From Octopus sinensis (Eukaryota): a stretch of DNA of 64,000 nt. The DNA lies in NCBI RefSeq assembly GCF_006345805.1, contig NC_043001.1, forward strand, positions 99,262,001-99,326,000, in the 5' to 3' direction. A model generated the notes under the pieces. It did not search any database. It was given only the letters and a program-made list of their open reading frames with translations, and had not been told where the DNA came from. Both the position numbers and the translations under genes were made by a program. This document shows, piece after piece, positions 37,460 to 51,350 of the stretch (positions are counted from its first letter, which is position 1; each line of letters begins with the position of its first letter).

Positions 37460-38160
37460 GTTTAGCCGTAGCTTAGCTCCAATTGTGTAGATTCATGATC
37501 AAACCTCTTAAGGTATTCCCTTCTTTTTCACTGTACATCAAGGACTACATTGTCCATTGTATTCTTCGTTTAGTAAGATGATTAGGTGTGATTTGAAGGA
37601 GATTCGGCTGCTATTTCTACAATCTCAAGCAACCACATAGAGGTCTCGTTTCCAAGTAGTATTTTGTCGTCTGGTTTCATTCTGCTTTCACTTTTTTCTT
37701 TCTTTTAGATATCGGTTACAAAACTAATTTCATTCCACTTATGCTGCTACCCCTCTCCTGCAGTCTCTCCTTCAGAAAGGCATGAATGTCACAGCATACA
37801 TTTTTTTGTATGATATAAATTCGAGTCCTTATACCTTCTTTGTGAGAAATCAACGATTTGTCATTTGATTTCCCTTGTAAATTAATCTCATTTCAATTTC
37901 GGTTGTAGTTGAATTTAATTTTGAGTACTACGAAAAGGCACAAATGTCATGTCATTACGTTCCAATTATATGTATGTATATATAATGTCCCAATTATATA
38001 TATATAATGTAGGCATATGTATAAAAACAAGGAACACAAGTATTCAGTACAAAAGTAGTGTGTATTTCATGAATAATGTCAGTTGATCAAAGTTTTTTCA
38101 GTTAATTATATCACATGTATGAGAGCGTATTTATATTTTCTCCTTTAACTATATCGTTAC

Positions 38161-38206
<46 letters not shown>

Positions 38207-38422
38207 CGTGAAATATTGTGCCTGTGTAAGAAGTCATTAATACATTTCTCGTGTCAGAGCAATTTGATACAATGGAAGTAGGTTTCCAGCGAACACAATT
38301 TTGGCAACACGCCCACCACCATCTCCTCAGCTAAAACTTCAGCATCAACTTCACTGTTGTTGCTAATACTTTTTGAAAAGGCAAGAATGTCACCACATCC
38401 TTCTCCTACCCTAAAATATTAG

Positions 38423-38454
<32 letters not shown>

Positions 38455-39694
38455 AAATTTCCCCATGTGGTTGGTGCCGTTTTAAGTACTAACAGGCGCT
38501 AATTTTTTACCGAACCGTGACGCACCAACCGTTTGCACTATCACCAGAATCGCTACATTTCTATTTCAAATGCACACGGCAAATGCATTACCATCACGAC
38601 TTCCCGTTTCAGATATAAAAATCTGGAAACTTTATGCCATGCCTCCAAGTATATGAAACCGTTTTCATTTTCATTCTCACCCTCACGTCCCACCATTTTT
38701 AATGAATCTATAGTCTCAGACACACTAATAAAATATCTCCAACGTCCCAACCTGGTCACTCGATCTGCTTGAAAATAGCAGCGAAATCTCCCTTAAATCA
38801 CCACCTTTTCATCTTGAATATGTAGTGGATAGGCGAAAAGACGGGATTGTCACGAACGACTAAGACGTCTTTGACAAAAAGATGTTGTCAGTGACCTCGG
38901 GTTAAACAACAACTAGATCATCCGAATTGTTTACTATAACTTTCTTATATTGAAAAGCTCTTCGATTTAAAAGAAAAAGAAATTTTTTGGGCTGCTTTCC
39001 TTCCAATATGTGTACTTTTGTGTGAGGTCTTACGATGTATTGTCTCAAAATCGCTATCGAATTATTGATCAGAAAGAGGGCAAAGTTGGCTTTGATTATA
39101 TTTGAATACAGGCCGTAGAAAGACTAAACCAAATACTCAAAATTATTTAACGAGTAGATTTTTTTTGGCCTACTCTGTCCGAAACTCTGTTCATAATATT
39201 ACCAGATAATTATGTCTTTGAAACGGTTTCTTTTTTAAATCTACCGTTCGTTACCTTATCTGTATAACCTGTGTTGAGATCTTGGTCAGCCCTTGATTTT
39301 GCTGAGTATTTGTGATCATCCCATCTTTTTTTTTTTGTACATATTTTATCCAGAACTATAGTATTCAATCTGTCCTACCTCTTCTTTAGCAGTAAGATAT
39401 AATTTCTAGCCCATTGAGTGACCACGCACGCAGAGGTTCATCCAATAAGCTATACTTCTTGCTCAACCTACCAACATTTTATTTATGTAATGTCATGGTT
39501 GAATTTTATGGTGTATCCGTCAATTAAACTTTAGCTCTATAGAGATAAAGAAGTAACAAAAGATTGAAAACTTTTAAAAGTTTATTATTAGTCATCTCTT
39601 ACTGCGCGCGTGTATATATATATATATATATATATATAACATGCATACATTGTTCTTGTAAATGAAATTATAATGTATAGTTTCATTTACCGGA

Positions 39695-39726
<32 letters not shown>

Positions 39727-41460
39727 CTTACATAAGTCTCTTTGTGCATATGTGACTAATAAATGTCAACAAATGGTCCTGATGTATGTGACTATCGTTA
39801 TCACTGTTACTATCACGTATTTACGTATAAAACAGAAAGTCCTGTTTGAACTGATCGGAGCATATAACAACTCAGTTGCTGCATCCAGGATCAAGTGCGA
39901 CCGACTCTGCTATACTATATTCGGAATATTGTAAACAAGTAAATATAACAGTTTCCCTTTCAAATCATTATCGTTATTAACTATGTTCACTGTCACCAGA
40001 AGTTTTGACGTTCGACATCGTATGAAATTTCATCACTGTTTTACATCTATTTTATTCTAGTTCTATTGTTATAAAAATAACCAATGTTGCAAACATTCGT
40101 TGCATAAATGCTTCGTGCTCTGCTCGATTCCGTAAGCAAATCAAGCATTTCGTAAACAATAGCTATTAAAATGTTTGTGCTGTACTTTATCCATTTAAAT
40201 ATATTAGGGAGAACAATATTACTACTTGACATTAGACGAAATGTCTGTATGGTCTACGGTTGTAAATATTAAGGTATACGGACACGCTTGTAGTCAAGTG
40301 TGTTAGAGTCTTTATGCGATTATAGGTAACACGTACAACACATATACACACATCTGTCTGTCTAGGCATATCTACAGTTTGGTGCCCCTCCTTCGAATTT
40401 GTTTCCTCATAACTTTCTGAAAAGTATATATTTTATGAAATTTTGCAAAAATACGTTTTCGTAGATGTAGATTACAATAATTTGGATAAAATTCAAGGAA
40501 ATGGGAAAATTTTTTGTAAATGAATCGTGATATTATTTCCCCCACCACACACACTGACTTTGTTATTAAAAATTTCCGTAACTTGAACATTTTCCGCTTT
40601 CTTCAGACGTATATAGTTCAAACATCACCATTGCGTTATGTACACTCCCGAAAATTTGTTTCTGAAAAATATAGTTTTAATTGTGCATTTTAAAGAGAAT
40701 TAAGAGGAAATAAATTCGGGATGGGGAAGAGAATGATTCTAAACTCTTCCCTTAAAACATTTAAAACTTTTATGTTATCGGAATTGTACCTTTGTAAAAT
40801 TTCATATCGAATTTTGTAAGTTATGAGGGAACAAAGTTGGGTTGGGGCCCTGTGGATCTCGAAGCTTACATAAAGCTGTAAATAATAGCATGTGAATATT
40901 GGATTGAAAATGTCGAAGACTGTTCACGGGACTTCAACAATAATTTGTGTGTATAATCATTTTATTACAATAGTTTCGAAACAAGACCTGTTGATGCGAT
41001 CGTAACGTCAAAACTGTGTGTGACAGACACTTATCTAAGTCGATTTTGCTGTCATCTTTTATTCTTCATATAAATTTACTCATCATAATTTTACTTTTTT
41101 TCAGTAACACCCCTCATTCACAAATCATATATCTTCATCTGTATCACTTCCAGTGAATTTTCTTCTCGCTTTATTTGTGTTATGATGAGTTTTAGGATTT
41201 TCAAAACCTGTTGTTTAACCCTTGTTTAGAAGTCAACCCTGAACATGTTGGCCTATGATCAAAAGCATTTCAGTCGGGATCACCCCCTCAATTTTAGGAG
41301 TATCTAGGGCTACATTATATAGTGGGCAATCTTTCATTTTTAATACAATTTACGTCACTTATAGAGCACGTTAGTGATTGCCTATACAGTGTGCCGTATT
41401 TTTAAAGTCTAGACTGATTTGGAGATTTTGCTTCTATTTCTAGCAAGTCGAACACTCATG
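37460..41460. repeat. Cluster of old dispersed-repeat copies (GCTATTTCTAGCAGG / AAATCTCCCTCAAATCAC family)
   Basis: Copies at ~37460-37650, 38750-38915, 39280-39450 and 41210-41460. Also ~5900-6050, 13760-13935 and 42320-42450. Confidence 0.6.
40369..40858. mobile_element. MITE-like element with imperfect long TIRs
   Basis: TTTGTTTCCTCATAACTT versus AAGTTATGAGGGAACAAA. A related end lies at ~62360-62410. Confidence 0.5.
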
Positions 41461-41465
41461 TGAAG

Positions 41466-41611
41466 AAGGCATGAGGCAACCTTTTTCGAGAAGCGGGCCA
41501 CATGAGACATGACTCATCACCAGGCAGGCTGCACTACTAAAAGACCCAAGGAATTTTTCGTTTGGCGTGCCATGAATAAAGACCCATGGGCCGCAGTTAT
41601 TGCCCATACTG
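41466..41611. mobile_element. hAT-type MITE with 8-bp TSD
   Basis: Ends AAGGCATGAGGCAAC and TTGCCCATACTG, internal GGGCCAC/GGGCCGCA, TSD ATGTGAAG / GTGTGAAG. Confidence 0.75.
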
Positions 41612-42141
41612 GTGTGAAGGTTTCATTGTTGTCCTGCATAAGTGATTAATATTTAAATTGTCAGGTTTCCATTCACTTTCGTGAGTGTTAAAAGCTGGAA
41701 AAAATCACTGATCTTGCATTTAAGTGGCACGCGTTTATTATTTTTAAACTTGCATTGTTTTAAAAAATACTATATCTGACTAAGAAATTGGAAAAAGTTT
41801 TTAAAATTAATTCTAAAATAAAAAATGTACTCCAAATGGGAAATGCGCTGACTTCTCTGGGTCATTTCTTAGGATGCTTGCATTTTACATAATATCTCTC
41901 TTGGTTAAAGGCTATTTTTAGAACCTTTTCTCTTTCAGCGATGTTCCTAAAGAAAAGAAAAAATCTAACCTTGATAACAGAATTTGCCGCCAATAGCGAA
42001 TGACTCAGTACCAGAAAATGTTTTTAATTACTTATATTCACCTCTATAAACTTTATACGATTAATGTTCTTTATTTTTCTTTTGTTATTTATACCGAATT
42101 AGTACAGATCAAGCAGATCTATCCATCAAAAATGTATTTTT

Positions 42142-42354
42142 TATAGAAATATTTGGGATAACATTATCTTAGTTATATTTATAGTTTTCAACAACACATC
42201 ACTTAAAACCTCAAAGATACTCTAAATGTTAGGCTTTATATATCTCTGATAATCTTTCTTGGTCATCTTATTACACACAATATTGCTAAATCTACTCACC
42301 AAAGACTATCCTCCCTCTATATAGAAATATTTGGGATAACATTATCTTAGTTAT
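42142..42354 (+). repeat. 137-bp copy of 50782-50918 between 35-bp direct repeats
   Basis: TATAGAAATATTTGGGATAACATTATCTTAGTTAT at 42142 and 42320. The insert differs from the donor at 3 positions. Confidence 0.9.
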
Positions 42355-42980
42355 GCCCTATCTTATTTTAAGACGGTTAATGGGGGTGGAGTGATTTGTG
42401 CAGGTTAGACTGCTATTTCTAGCAGGTGGAGTAATCTCATAGAGAATCTCTTTAGTTTTGTTTCATTGTATAATTACTCCTATTTAATGATTTACAAGTT
42501 GGTTTTATTGATCGTTAATTGATGGCTAAATAAAGAGGTGTGAAAGTTGCGCAAAGTTAAAAAAAGAATGATTCGAAGTAAAAAGACTATCAATGTGTCT
42601 GAGAATGGCGCGGAAATTGATTTTCAGAAGTTTGCTTTCTTAATGTTGTTGACATGTGAGAATAATTTACCAGGTACATATATGCTATATGTGTATATAC
42701 ATGAATGTATATTTGTGATATTATATATGTACATATCTATGCGCATGCATACACGTATGTGTATATACTTTTCAGTCATTAGACTGTGGCCATGCTGGGG
42801 CACTGCATGCAAGTGTTTTAATCGATCATATTGATCCCACTACTTACAGAGGCACACTCCTACCTACCTACCCAAACACCCACCCACCCACCCACCTACC
42901 TTCCTTCCTATCACAGCGCAATGACTAAAGAAAATAGTCTAATGATGGGGCATATAAGCCTTCCACAGTGAAAGCACATA

Positions 42981-43430
42981 TCTATAAAAGAGAGTTTGTG
43001 TGCATGTGCATATGTTCCTTATGCATTCCAAAACCGAGTTGCCGATTTTAACATATGGGGTATCAAAAGATTCAATAGGCTTTTGGCTACCAACTAAACA
43101 ATATTTTCATTCACATATTTGTATTACAAAAATTTAACATTGTCATTTTTCTTTTAGTCACCTATTGTAAATGACATTTTATATCACCACATTAATGACG
43201 ATGTCACATTTTCTATATGAGTGTGTTTGCGTATTCATTACCTACATTAGGCCAATGACAGACAAATATATGTGTGTGACGGTGTATGTGTCTGTCAGTA
43301 TACATATATTTTTGTGATGACTGATACACATAGGGACAGATAGGCTTCAGGTGTATATTAATGTGTGTGTTAGTTTATGTATGCAACTTTCTCCTGCCCA
43401 ACAGTGAAACAACGCCGATATTGATAGTTT
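42981..43430 (+). mobile_element. Old non-autonomous Helitron-like fragment
   Basis: A|TCTATAAAAGAGAGTTTGTGTG 5' end and CCGATTTT motif as in 12386; 3' end decayed. Confidence 0.4.
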
Positions 43431-45119
43431 AATTGCAGCTTGGACTTTAAATGAACAACAACGTTCACTTTAAAGTGCTACCAACATGAAGATTTGGCTG
43501 ATTTAACACCACTCACAATATTCGCAAATATATCCGAAAAAAAATATATTCTGGTTATTATAACAAATTCAGAAACTTTTTGAAGTAGAAAGCCTCAGTG
43601 GCTCTTTCAATATAATTACAAAAATGTTATTCCACTCCTTCTAACCAGTTTCAAGATTATTTTTAACAGTCCTCTTAAGCGTCTTCCTCACTGTATCAAC
43701 ATCACACAACGCTTTTACCGCCTTATCCTGCAGCCTATAACATTACAAAGTTAAGAAATATGTAGTAATGTTAAATTAATTTATTTCTTGCTACATACAT
43801 CCTTCAGCAAATATTTTAAATTAACGTTCACAACAGCATCTTCCTTTCTATACACTTGGTTCAGTGTTCGTTTCAAAATTGTAAAATAAATTATTTTTGT
43901 ATGAAAAATTGAATTATGCCTTCTGAATTTTCTTGGACTTTCACTTTCTCCACCGTGATATTCAGTTGTGAATTTTATAACATTTAGTACATGTTCCAAA
44001 TATATGTTGACTTTCTGTACTTTCTTACATTGGTGACGCATAGTAGCTTTTGCTAAATTGGTGACTTTCCATTTTTTTATTGCTAACTATGTTACAGAAA
44101 GTATGTTTTGCACCTACATTGACTACATTTCATTTTGCTTGAACTTCATATGTGTATATTTAGCTGTTTTCAATATTATCGATTCTATGAGTGTGTGTGC
44201 GTGTGTTCTTCTGTGTTTGTTACTTCTATTATAAACTATAGTAAAGAACATTTTACGCTGTTTTAATGAGCCCACATCTAATAAAGTAGCCATCCTTATG
44301 GTTGGTGATCTCCATGAAAATCATGTTCTCTTTCATATTCGACACAGACTCATCCCTCTTATCATGCACTCCAGTATACTCTTATTCTATGGAGTGGACA
44401 AGATGGGTATCATTTAAATATTCCACGGATTGAACCCGCAACAGAATAGCCAATTACAAACAAAAAGGTATTATCAAATGACTTCTATTCTTACCAACTG
44501 ATGTTAAGATCAGAATAATGAAATTAATTACACATGTCAAATAAACTTTATTTTCATTTACATATTTTCTATGTTGTCTTAACTAGCTATAGTTATTTCA
44601 AATACACTTCTCTACAATGACCAGGTTTCATTAGAAAATGAAAATATTTTCACACCTTCAATTTGAACCAAAATTACAGTGTTACATTATGAGAGTGACG
44701 ATGTGTGAATAATGAAAGTAATGTTTCTACAAATTAGTCACATCTTTATTATAATAAAGAAAGATGCTTATTATCTATCTACCAAATTATATTTTTGACT
44801 CAACAACTCTTTTTTACCACTAAAATAACCTCAGCAACTAGGTTGGGTTGCACAATTTTGAGGTCATATTCGGACAATATTTCGATTTGCTTCCAATGTT
44901 TTACTTTTATCCGAAGTTTCATGCATGCGTAGAATTCTGCTCAGACAAACATTTATGAAAATGTACACACAGATATTGTATTAAAATAAGCCACAACCAA
45001 AAAAATTGCTCTAAAAGACATCCATTTTTCTATATGTTATGAAGAAGTACAGTCACACAGACACTCTTTCTCTCTATCTCTCACGCACAAAAAAGATGTA
45101 TGCATATGTATTTATGGGT

Positions 45120-45200
45120 GAAGGTAAAGAATATGCACTTTCGGTGTTTAGGGTTAAGGTTACGCCGAAAACGGGTGCTGTGCATATTCTTTACCTCTGC
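45120..45200. mobile_element. MITE copy with TTAGGG-like core
   Basis: Reverse complement of 37244-37337. Confidence 0.7.
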
Positions 45201-45839
45201 TATGTACGTGTGTATGAAAGATAATGTGTGTGTGTGAGAGAGAGCAAGTGGGTGAGTGCCATTTACACATACATCGCAACACACACCTTCACTCACTCTC
45301 TCTTTCTCTCTCCCACATGTGTCCATTTCATATACATGTACATTTCTTTTCTCACTTCAAAGCAAATGTTGCCTTTTTACTTTATCCTGTCTTTCAATTT
45401 CTGCTCTCTTCAAAGCATACAGTAATTAAAACAATTCTACGGAAATTAACGTATATGATCCTGTATGTGTCGTGTTGACAACTTTACTTCTTCAAATGAA
45501 AGAATACCATAAAATAACTTCCTTTGATACATATACACATACTCTAGGTAAAACTTCTGTGTGAATTATGTTATTTCTTGCTGTGTGCACGTGCAAATTT
45601 ACAGCTCAAATCCAATTGAAATGATCTTTTTCTATTGTGTAATTTGAGTTTGTGATGAACATATTTAAAAACTTGATCTTTAATATAAACTTAAAAGGAA
45701 GTTTTCCCGGAAATCCTGTCCTTTATCTCTAGCATGTCTGAGGTGACATTTCTGTCCCCCACTTTTTTTTTTTTTTTCTAAATTTCTTCTGATTCCTATG
45801 TTTGCATGTCCAGGAGATTAGGATTTCACCCACAAAATA

Positions 45840-46400
45840 CGTTCTCAATATTTTAATATTCTCCCTCCCCACACCAAATTCATTTTTTACTTTTTTCAAA
45901 TTTTTATTTTTGGTAATACATGGAGAAAAAACAAGAGTATGAAGCTTTGAGAATTTTACCCATCACCTCACCACTTTCAAAAAGCTACACACTTCTAATG
46001 TTTCACTTTTAGCTTTTTGGAAAACAGGGAAGTTTCTTCAGAAATGATGTTGTTTACCTGTTGTTTCTAGCATGTCGGGTTTTCGGTGGTGGTCTGGTAT
46101 TTTTTGTCTACTATTTCAGTAGAATTCTATGCATGTAGGGAAACATCAGCCAAAAGTGAAAGATTGGGAGATTTTAGCTTTTTGAAAGCTGGTAGGTGAT
46201 GGGTGGGCAAGGTGGAGGAAGGGGCATTTAGTGTTTCTTTAAGAAAAATTAAACTATAAAAAATGTGTTTATATATATATATATATTCCAGATTTGTAAT
46301 CTCAGTATTTTTCATCATAGATAACAAAGAAATTCAAAAAAAGTTACTAATTAAAAAATTGTGGTGGGGATAGGGGGAAATTAAAATATTGAAAACATGA
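45840..46400. mobile_element. Degenerate foldback/MITE
   Basis: CAATATTTTAAT..CCCCACACCAAATT versus AATTGTGGTGGGG..ATTAAAATATTG, and CTTTCAAAAAGCTA versus TAGCTTTTTGAAAG. Confidence 0.6.
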
Positions 46401-48133
46401 TCTCTGGACAAAATCGTATTGATCCACTTTTATACAATGAAGCAGTACATAGTTGCTGATCCTTCTTGAGAACAGAAAGCATTTTCATGTAAATTGTACT
46501 CGCACTCTTCACTATTAAACAAACAATAACTTCCAATATTCCATTAACTATATATCAGCTGTGCCAATCCTGCCCATAAGAAAGGAGCAATTAATACAAT
46601 GTGCTTGTAGGTTAGGTCATAACACCTCGGCAATGCCAAGGTGCATTGCTAGTGTGTGACTATATGTATATATTTTATACACCTGGCTTCTCAGATTTTT
46701 TTTTTTACCAAATTCCCCACTTGGCATTGTTCAGTAGGCTACAGTGGGAGACACGTGACCATGGTCCCACATAGTGAGATCAAACTTGGGGACAATGGTG
46801 TGGCAAAGTGAGCTTGGGAACTTTTTAACCCTGCAACATATATACATACTGGCGACATGTAACTCAGTGCAATCTGTTGCAGTGATGTGTCATCGGTGAC
46901 TAAACTGACAATTCCACCAGGATTTCTTGATTCAAAGGGTAATTTTTGACATTCTACAGGATGAAAAACAAAACCTGTGAATGGGCAGATGCATTCAAGA
47001 GAGTCATTGACCATCCAATTATGTATATATGTGTATGTTGGTGGCATGTCCACAGCTTTCAAGGTGACTTCATTAGGCCAATAAAGCAACTGATTCAGGG
47101 CAAACATCTGGAAAAATATTTTATGGCCAACATTCAGTACTTCAATTGAGGAGTGGAACATAGAATTTCCTGTAATTCAGACTGTCTCATGGTTCCAGCA
47201 GACAAAATGGGAAAGATGATGCCCCAGAGATTGGCGAGAGAGATGCACTAGAAGAGCCACTCAGACTCATGGGGCTTGCACTTGGACACACACGAAATTG
47301 TCTTAACTTTATCTAACCAGATGAGTTAACCATGTCTCACTCCTACATTCTATTTTTCTGGCATGGTTTCTGAAGCTTGAAGCCTTTTCTACCATCAACC
47401 CCTTTACACGGTATACATGATGCATTTTATTATGATTGTCTTGTCCTCAGGAAGACTAAAGAGTTATCTGTCCTACGTTATCTCAGTTCATTCAGTGGTA
47501 TCAAAGTGGTCTTGTTCTCCCTTCTCTGTGTTGTCTCCATTCATCCTTCTTTCCCATCTCACACTATTATCTGTGTTGAAAAGGGCATTCTCATCTCACA
47601 TTGGTACCATGGAGTTAATTGTCTGTTACTGAGCTAAAGAGAACCTTGCATCAGTCTGAGCTAAAGAGTCCCTTTCGACATATTGATCTTTAATCTTTCT
47701 GCTCAAAGATCATGTCAGGCTCAGGTTAGTTATCTAGAGGTTCATGACACCAGTATAGACAGCTGAGTACTTGCATTGTCTCTGTTCTAGTCCATAAGAG
47801 CAGCCTGGTATGACTGTTTTATACAGAAATAGCCTATTTCCCTATTATTGTACCTAAGTTATTGTGAATCTTGAGAAAGTGATGTCACCATGGCACTCTT
47901 GTTGGGGTGCAATAGCAAATGGGAAGTTGGTTGTTTGATGTGTCTTTTAGGGTTAAGGGCTTCCCCTCTGCACTGCATCACTTCTTATTGTAGTTGTTGT
48001 GCCAAATGAATATAATGGTATCAGTGGCAGGCTGAAGCTATATCCATGGCACCAAGTTACACATTTAGGTTAAGAGAGGGGAGAGTTATCATGGTAGTGT
48101 CCAGATTAATTGGCCAGTATCTGCTGGGTTCAC

Positions 48134-48231
48134 ATAGTTAAAATGGGCTGTGAAGGAGAATAAAGGAATCCAAGTGAAAGGAATAGTTAAAATGGGCTGT
48201 GAAGGAGAATAAAGGAACCCAAGTGAAAGGA
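48134..48231. repeat. 49-bp tandem duplication
   Basis: ATAGTTAAAATGGGCTGTGAAGGAGAATAAAGGAA(T/C)CCAAGTGAAAGGA x2. Confidence 0.85.
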
Positions 48232-50579
48232 GTAAAAGGATATTAGAATTGAGAGATGTGGCATAATGCAGCATCTCTCTATAGGTGAAAAAAAAACTGA
48301 ATAGTAGACATGATTCATAGAGATTTAAATGTAAATACTAAAAATCTTAACTTTGTTGGCATGTCCAGCAATTGTGTATTTGACTCAGAATTTACAAAAG
48401 CAGCACCATGGAGGGAAAGAGCTGGTGATGGAGAAGCAAGTCATAGGAGAGGGAAAGTGGGTGATGAATGTCAGTGAGTGATATAATGGGTATTGGGGGT
48501 AAAGGATATGTTATGGTAAGAGAGGTGAATGAGAACAGACCCAATGCATTATCATTCCTTCTTGCATAGGTGCATGATGGGAGGAAGATAGTGATAGAAG
48601 GGTGGCATAGTGGTATGTGAGTGAGTGACATGAGAGAGTAACAAACAGAAAGAGAACAACCATCTTTGTTGGGTACCAACAAAAATAGTTGTTAGCAAAG
48701 AGGGTCTCTTTCTTTCTTATCCATTGTGTTCATAGTAAGGAGACATACTTTGAACATAATAGGTGAGAGAGAGCCCTAAATGTTGGTATACATTTCCAAG
48801 CTCCATCACCATTTTGTTTTTTGCACATGTTCTTTTCTTTTTCCATACTTGCATGGGTTGGACAGGTTTTCTCTACGACAGCATTTTGTCACTTGTTGCA
48901 GTCCGTCATCTTTTTTACAAGGTTCAGCTTCTCGAGATCAGCTTTCATTATTTCTTTCCACATCTTTTTCAGTTTACCTCTTTCACAGTATCCATTTTTG
49001 TACAATTGATATCCTCTACAAGTATCAAATGACCATACCAGTAAAATTTTGTTCATATCCACTAATATTACTCATTCAGCACAGTATGTTTGCCTTACTT
49101 TCTTCCAGCCTTCTCAAATCCTTTGCATTCAAGATTTACATCTTTCTACCATATAACATTGCCCTTCAAACAGAAGCATCATAAAATTTGCTCTTAACAT
49201 ATATGATGGGCTTCTGTACAGTTACCATCTGCCAAAATCCATTTGCGAGATGTTGCTTAACTTGAGGCTATAGCAGAAGACACTTGCTTAAGGTGCTACA
49301 CAGTGGAGTTGAACCTGGAACCACATGGTTGTAAACAAACTTCTTCACCACACATAAATGTGAGAATGAAATTTTCTGAGTGGGTGCTAGCTCAGGTCCA
49401 ACCCAGGATGTTCGAAACAATTTTAGTGTGTGTGCTTGAACCCTCTGTTATCAAGCTTATGTAACCACACAGTTGTGCTTGAACTCAACTTGTGACCCAT
49501 GAACAGGTAGTCTGATATGTTTTAGTGTGGTCGTTATGTATTCTTTGTAAGTAGTTCACAATATTAAGTAGCTTATATGTGAGGACAAGAATGTCCACAC
49601 CAATGTTTGAGCTTTTCAAATATTGTATTAACCTGCATGGTTTATATTTACATGAGTACATGCAAATAAATTAATGGAACAACTAATATAAGTTGGGAAT
49701 CTTCTATAATGCAACATGCTAGATAATACTATAAAAGTAGTGCGTAGTCATTGAAGATGAAATAAGTGAAAAGAATTTAAGTTATTACTTATAATCAATG
49801 TGCGTTATTCAACTGTAATTTATGTCGAATACGACATAAGCTTGTTAGATAAGAGAATTGAAAGAGGCTAGGAGACCTGCTTGCTGAACCAAGTGCCATA
49901 AATTCACCTAGATGGCAGAGTAGTTCTGGTCTGAGATTGAATTTGCCAGCTTTTTTACAACTGTTGGTTATCTTCCCTGAACCATTGGTAAAACTGTTTG
50001 GCAGGAACTCTCACTAACTCAAGTGGTTGGTGTGAGAAAGGGCATCTAGCTGTAGAAACCATACCAAAACATAATTGGAACCTGGGCCGCTCCCCAGCTT
50101 ATATAAAACCGTCCAACTCATGCCAACATGGAAAGTGGGTGTTAAATAATGATGATGATGATTGTGTATGTATGTGTAGTTTTTGCTTATTTTCTGGTAT
50201 AAAAGTACTCAATACACTCCTGTGTGAGATGTGTCTACAGTTTGATAAATTTGTCATCATTCATTCACTTTTACATGTTTTTCCATATTAGCATAGATTA
50301 GATGAATATATTATTGAAGCAGATTTACAGCCAGATGCCCTTTCTGTCAACTTGTTTTTAAGTAAAGTATCTCTTAATTTCACACATCTTTGATAGTACA
50401 AAATCAGTGGGTGCTTTGTTAGCACATATATACATATATGCATGACATTATATGTAAACTGGATTTCATATCTGGACCTAAGGTTTTGTTCATTCAGCTT
50501 TTTGAGTGACTGTAGTCATCAGTGCATTGGTAATCAACCAAGAGGACAACTGAATGAAACTTTAAGACTGGATATGTAA

Positions 50580-51350
50580 TCCTGTTTACATATATTAATG
50601 ACTTGCTTGCTGGTACCTCTAACAACATTCAGCTGTTTGCAGATGATACCACTATTCACTTCTACTGAATCTTTTTGCACACATGCTTCATTTACTGCTT
50701 ATATGAACCATATTCAATGGGACCACAATAATTAATTTCTTTCAATCATATCAAGGAATCAATTTTATACATCATTTACTTTAGTTTTCAACAACACACC
50801 ACTTAAATCCTCAAAGATACTCTAAATGTTAGGCTTTATATATCTCTGATAATCTTTCTTGGTCATCTTATTACACACAATATTGCTAATTCTACTCACC
50901 AAAGACTATCCTCCCTCTTCAGGTCTAAAAATATTCTGCTCTGACCGATTGCAGATCTTCTACAAAGCTCAAAAATATCTTATAACAGAGTACTGTTCCC
51001 ACATTTCATACATCATTGATGCACATACAAACATTTTGGACCAAAGGGAAGTGATCTGGGTAATTAGCAAAACCTCGTACACCACAACACTACAACCTCT
51101 AGCTTGCAGGCATGCTGTTTCTTCACTCTGCCTATTTTATCACTATGACAGCAGCCTATGCTCCTCTGAACACTTCTTCCCAGGCTCACCTGTCTCTTCT
51201 ACTCAGATCATCCTTACTAAATCACATCTCTTGAGCATTGCACTAACTATTTTGCACCATCAATCCTTCTCAGAAGTTCAACTGTTTTGTTCCCTCCTCA
51301 CCCACACTTTTTCTGTACTAACTGAACATCAACTCTGTTTATCTGATTAG
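50580..51350 (+). pseudogene. Old CR1/Jockey-group LINE 3' relic
   Basis: YINDL..LFADDT (~50592-50650), FYKAQ..EYCSHI and LQPLACRHAVSSLCLFYHY..CSSE. Confidence 0.75.

Noticed and set aside
46739-47300. 140-aa ORF or endonuclease relic (also 43781-44041 and 59940-60800)
   Set aside because: Probably very old TE debris, but I could not identify a diagnostic motif with confidence.
50859-51350. 163-aa ORF as a host gene
   Set aside because: A chance-open frame of a decayed LINE.
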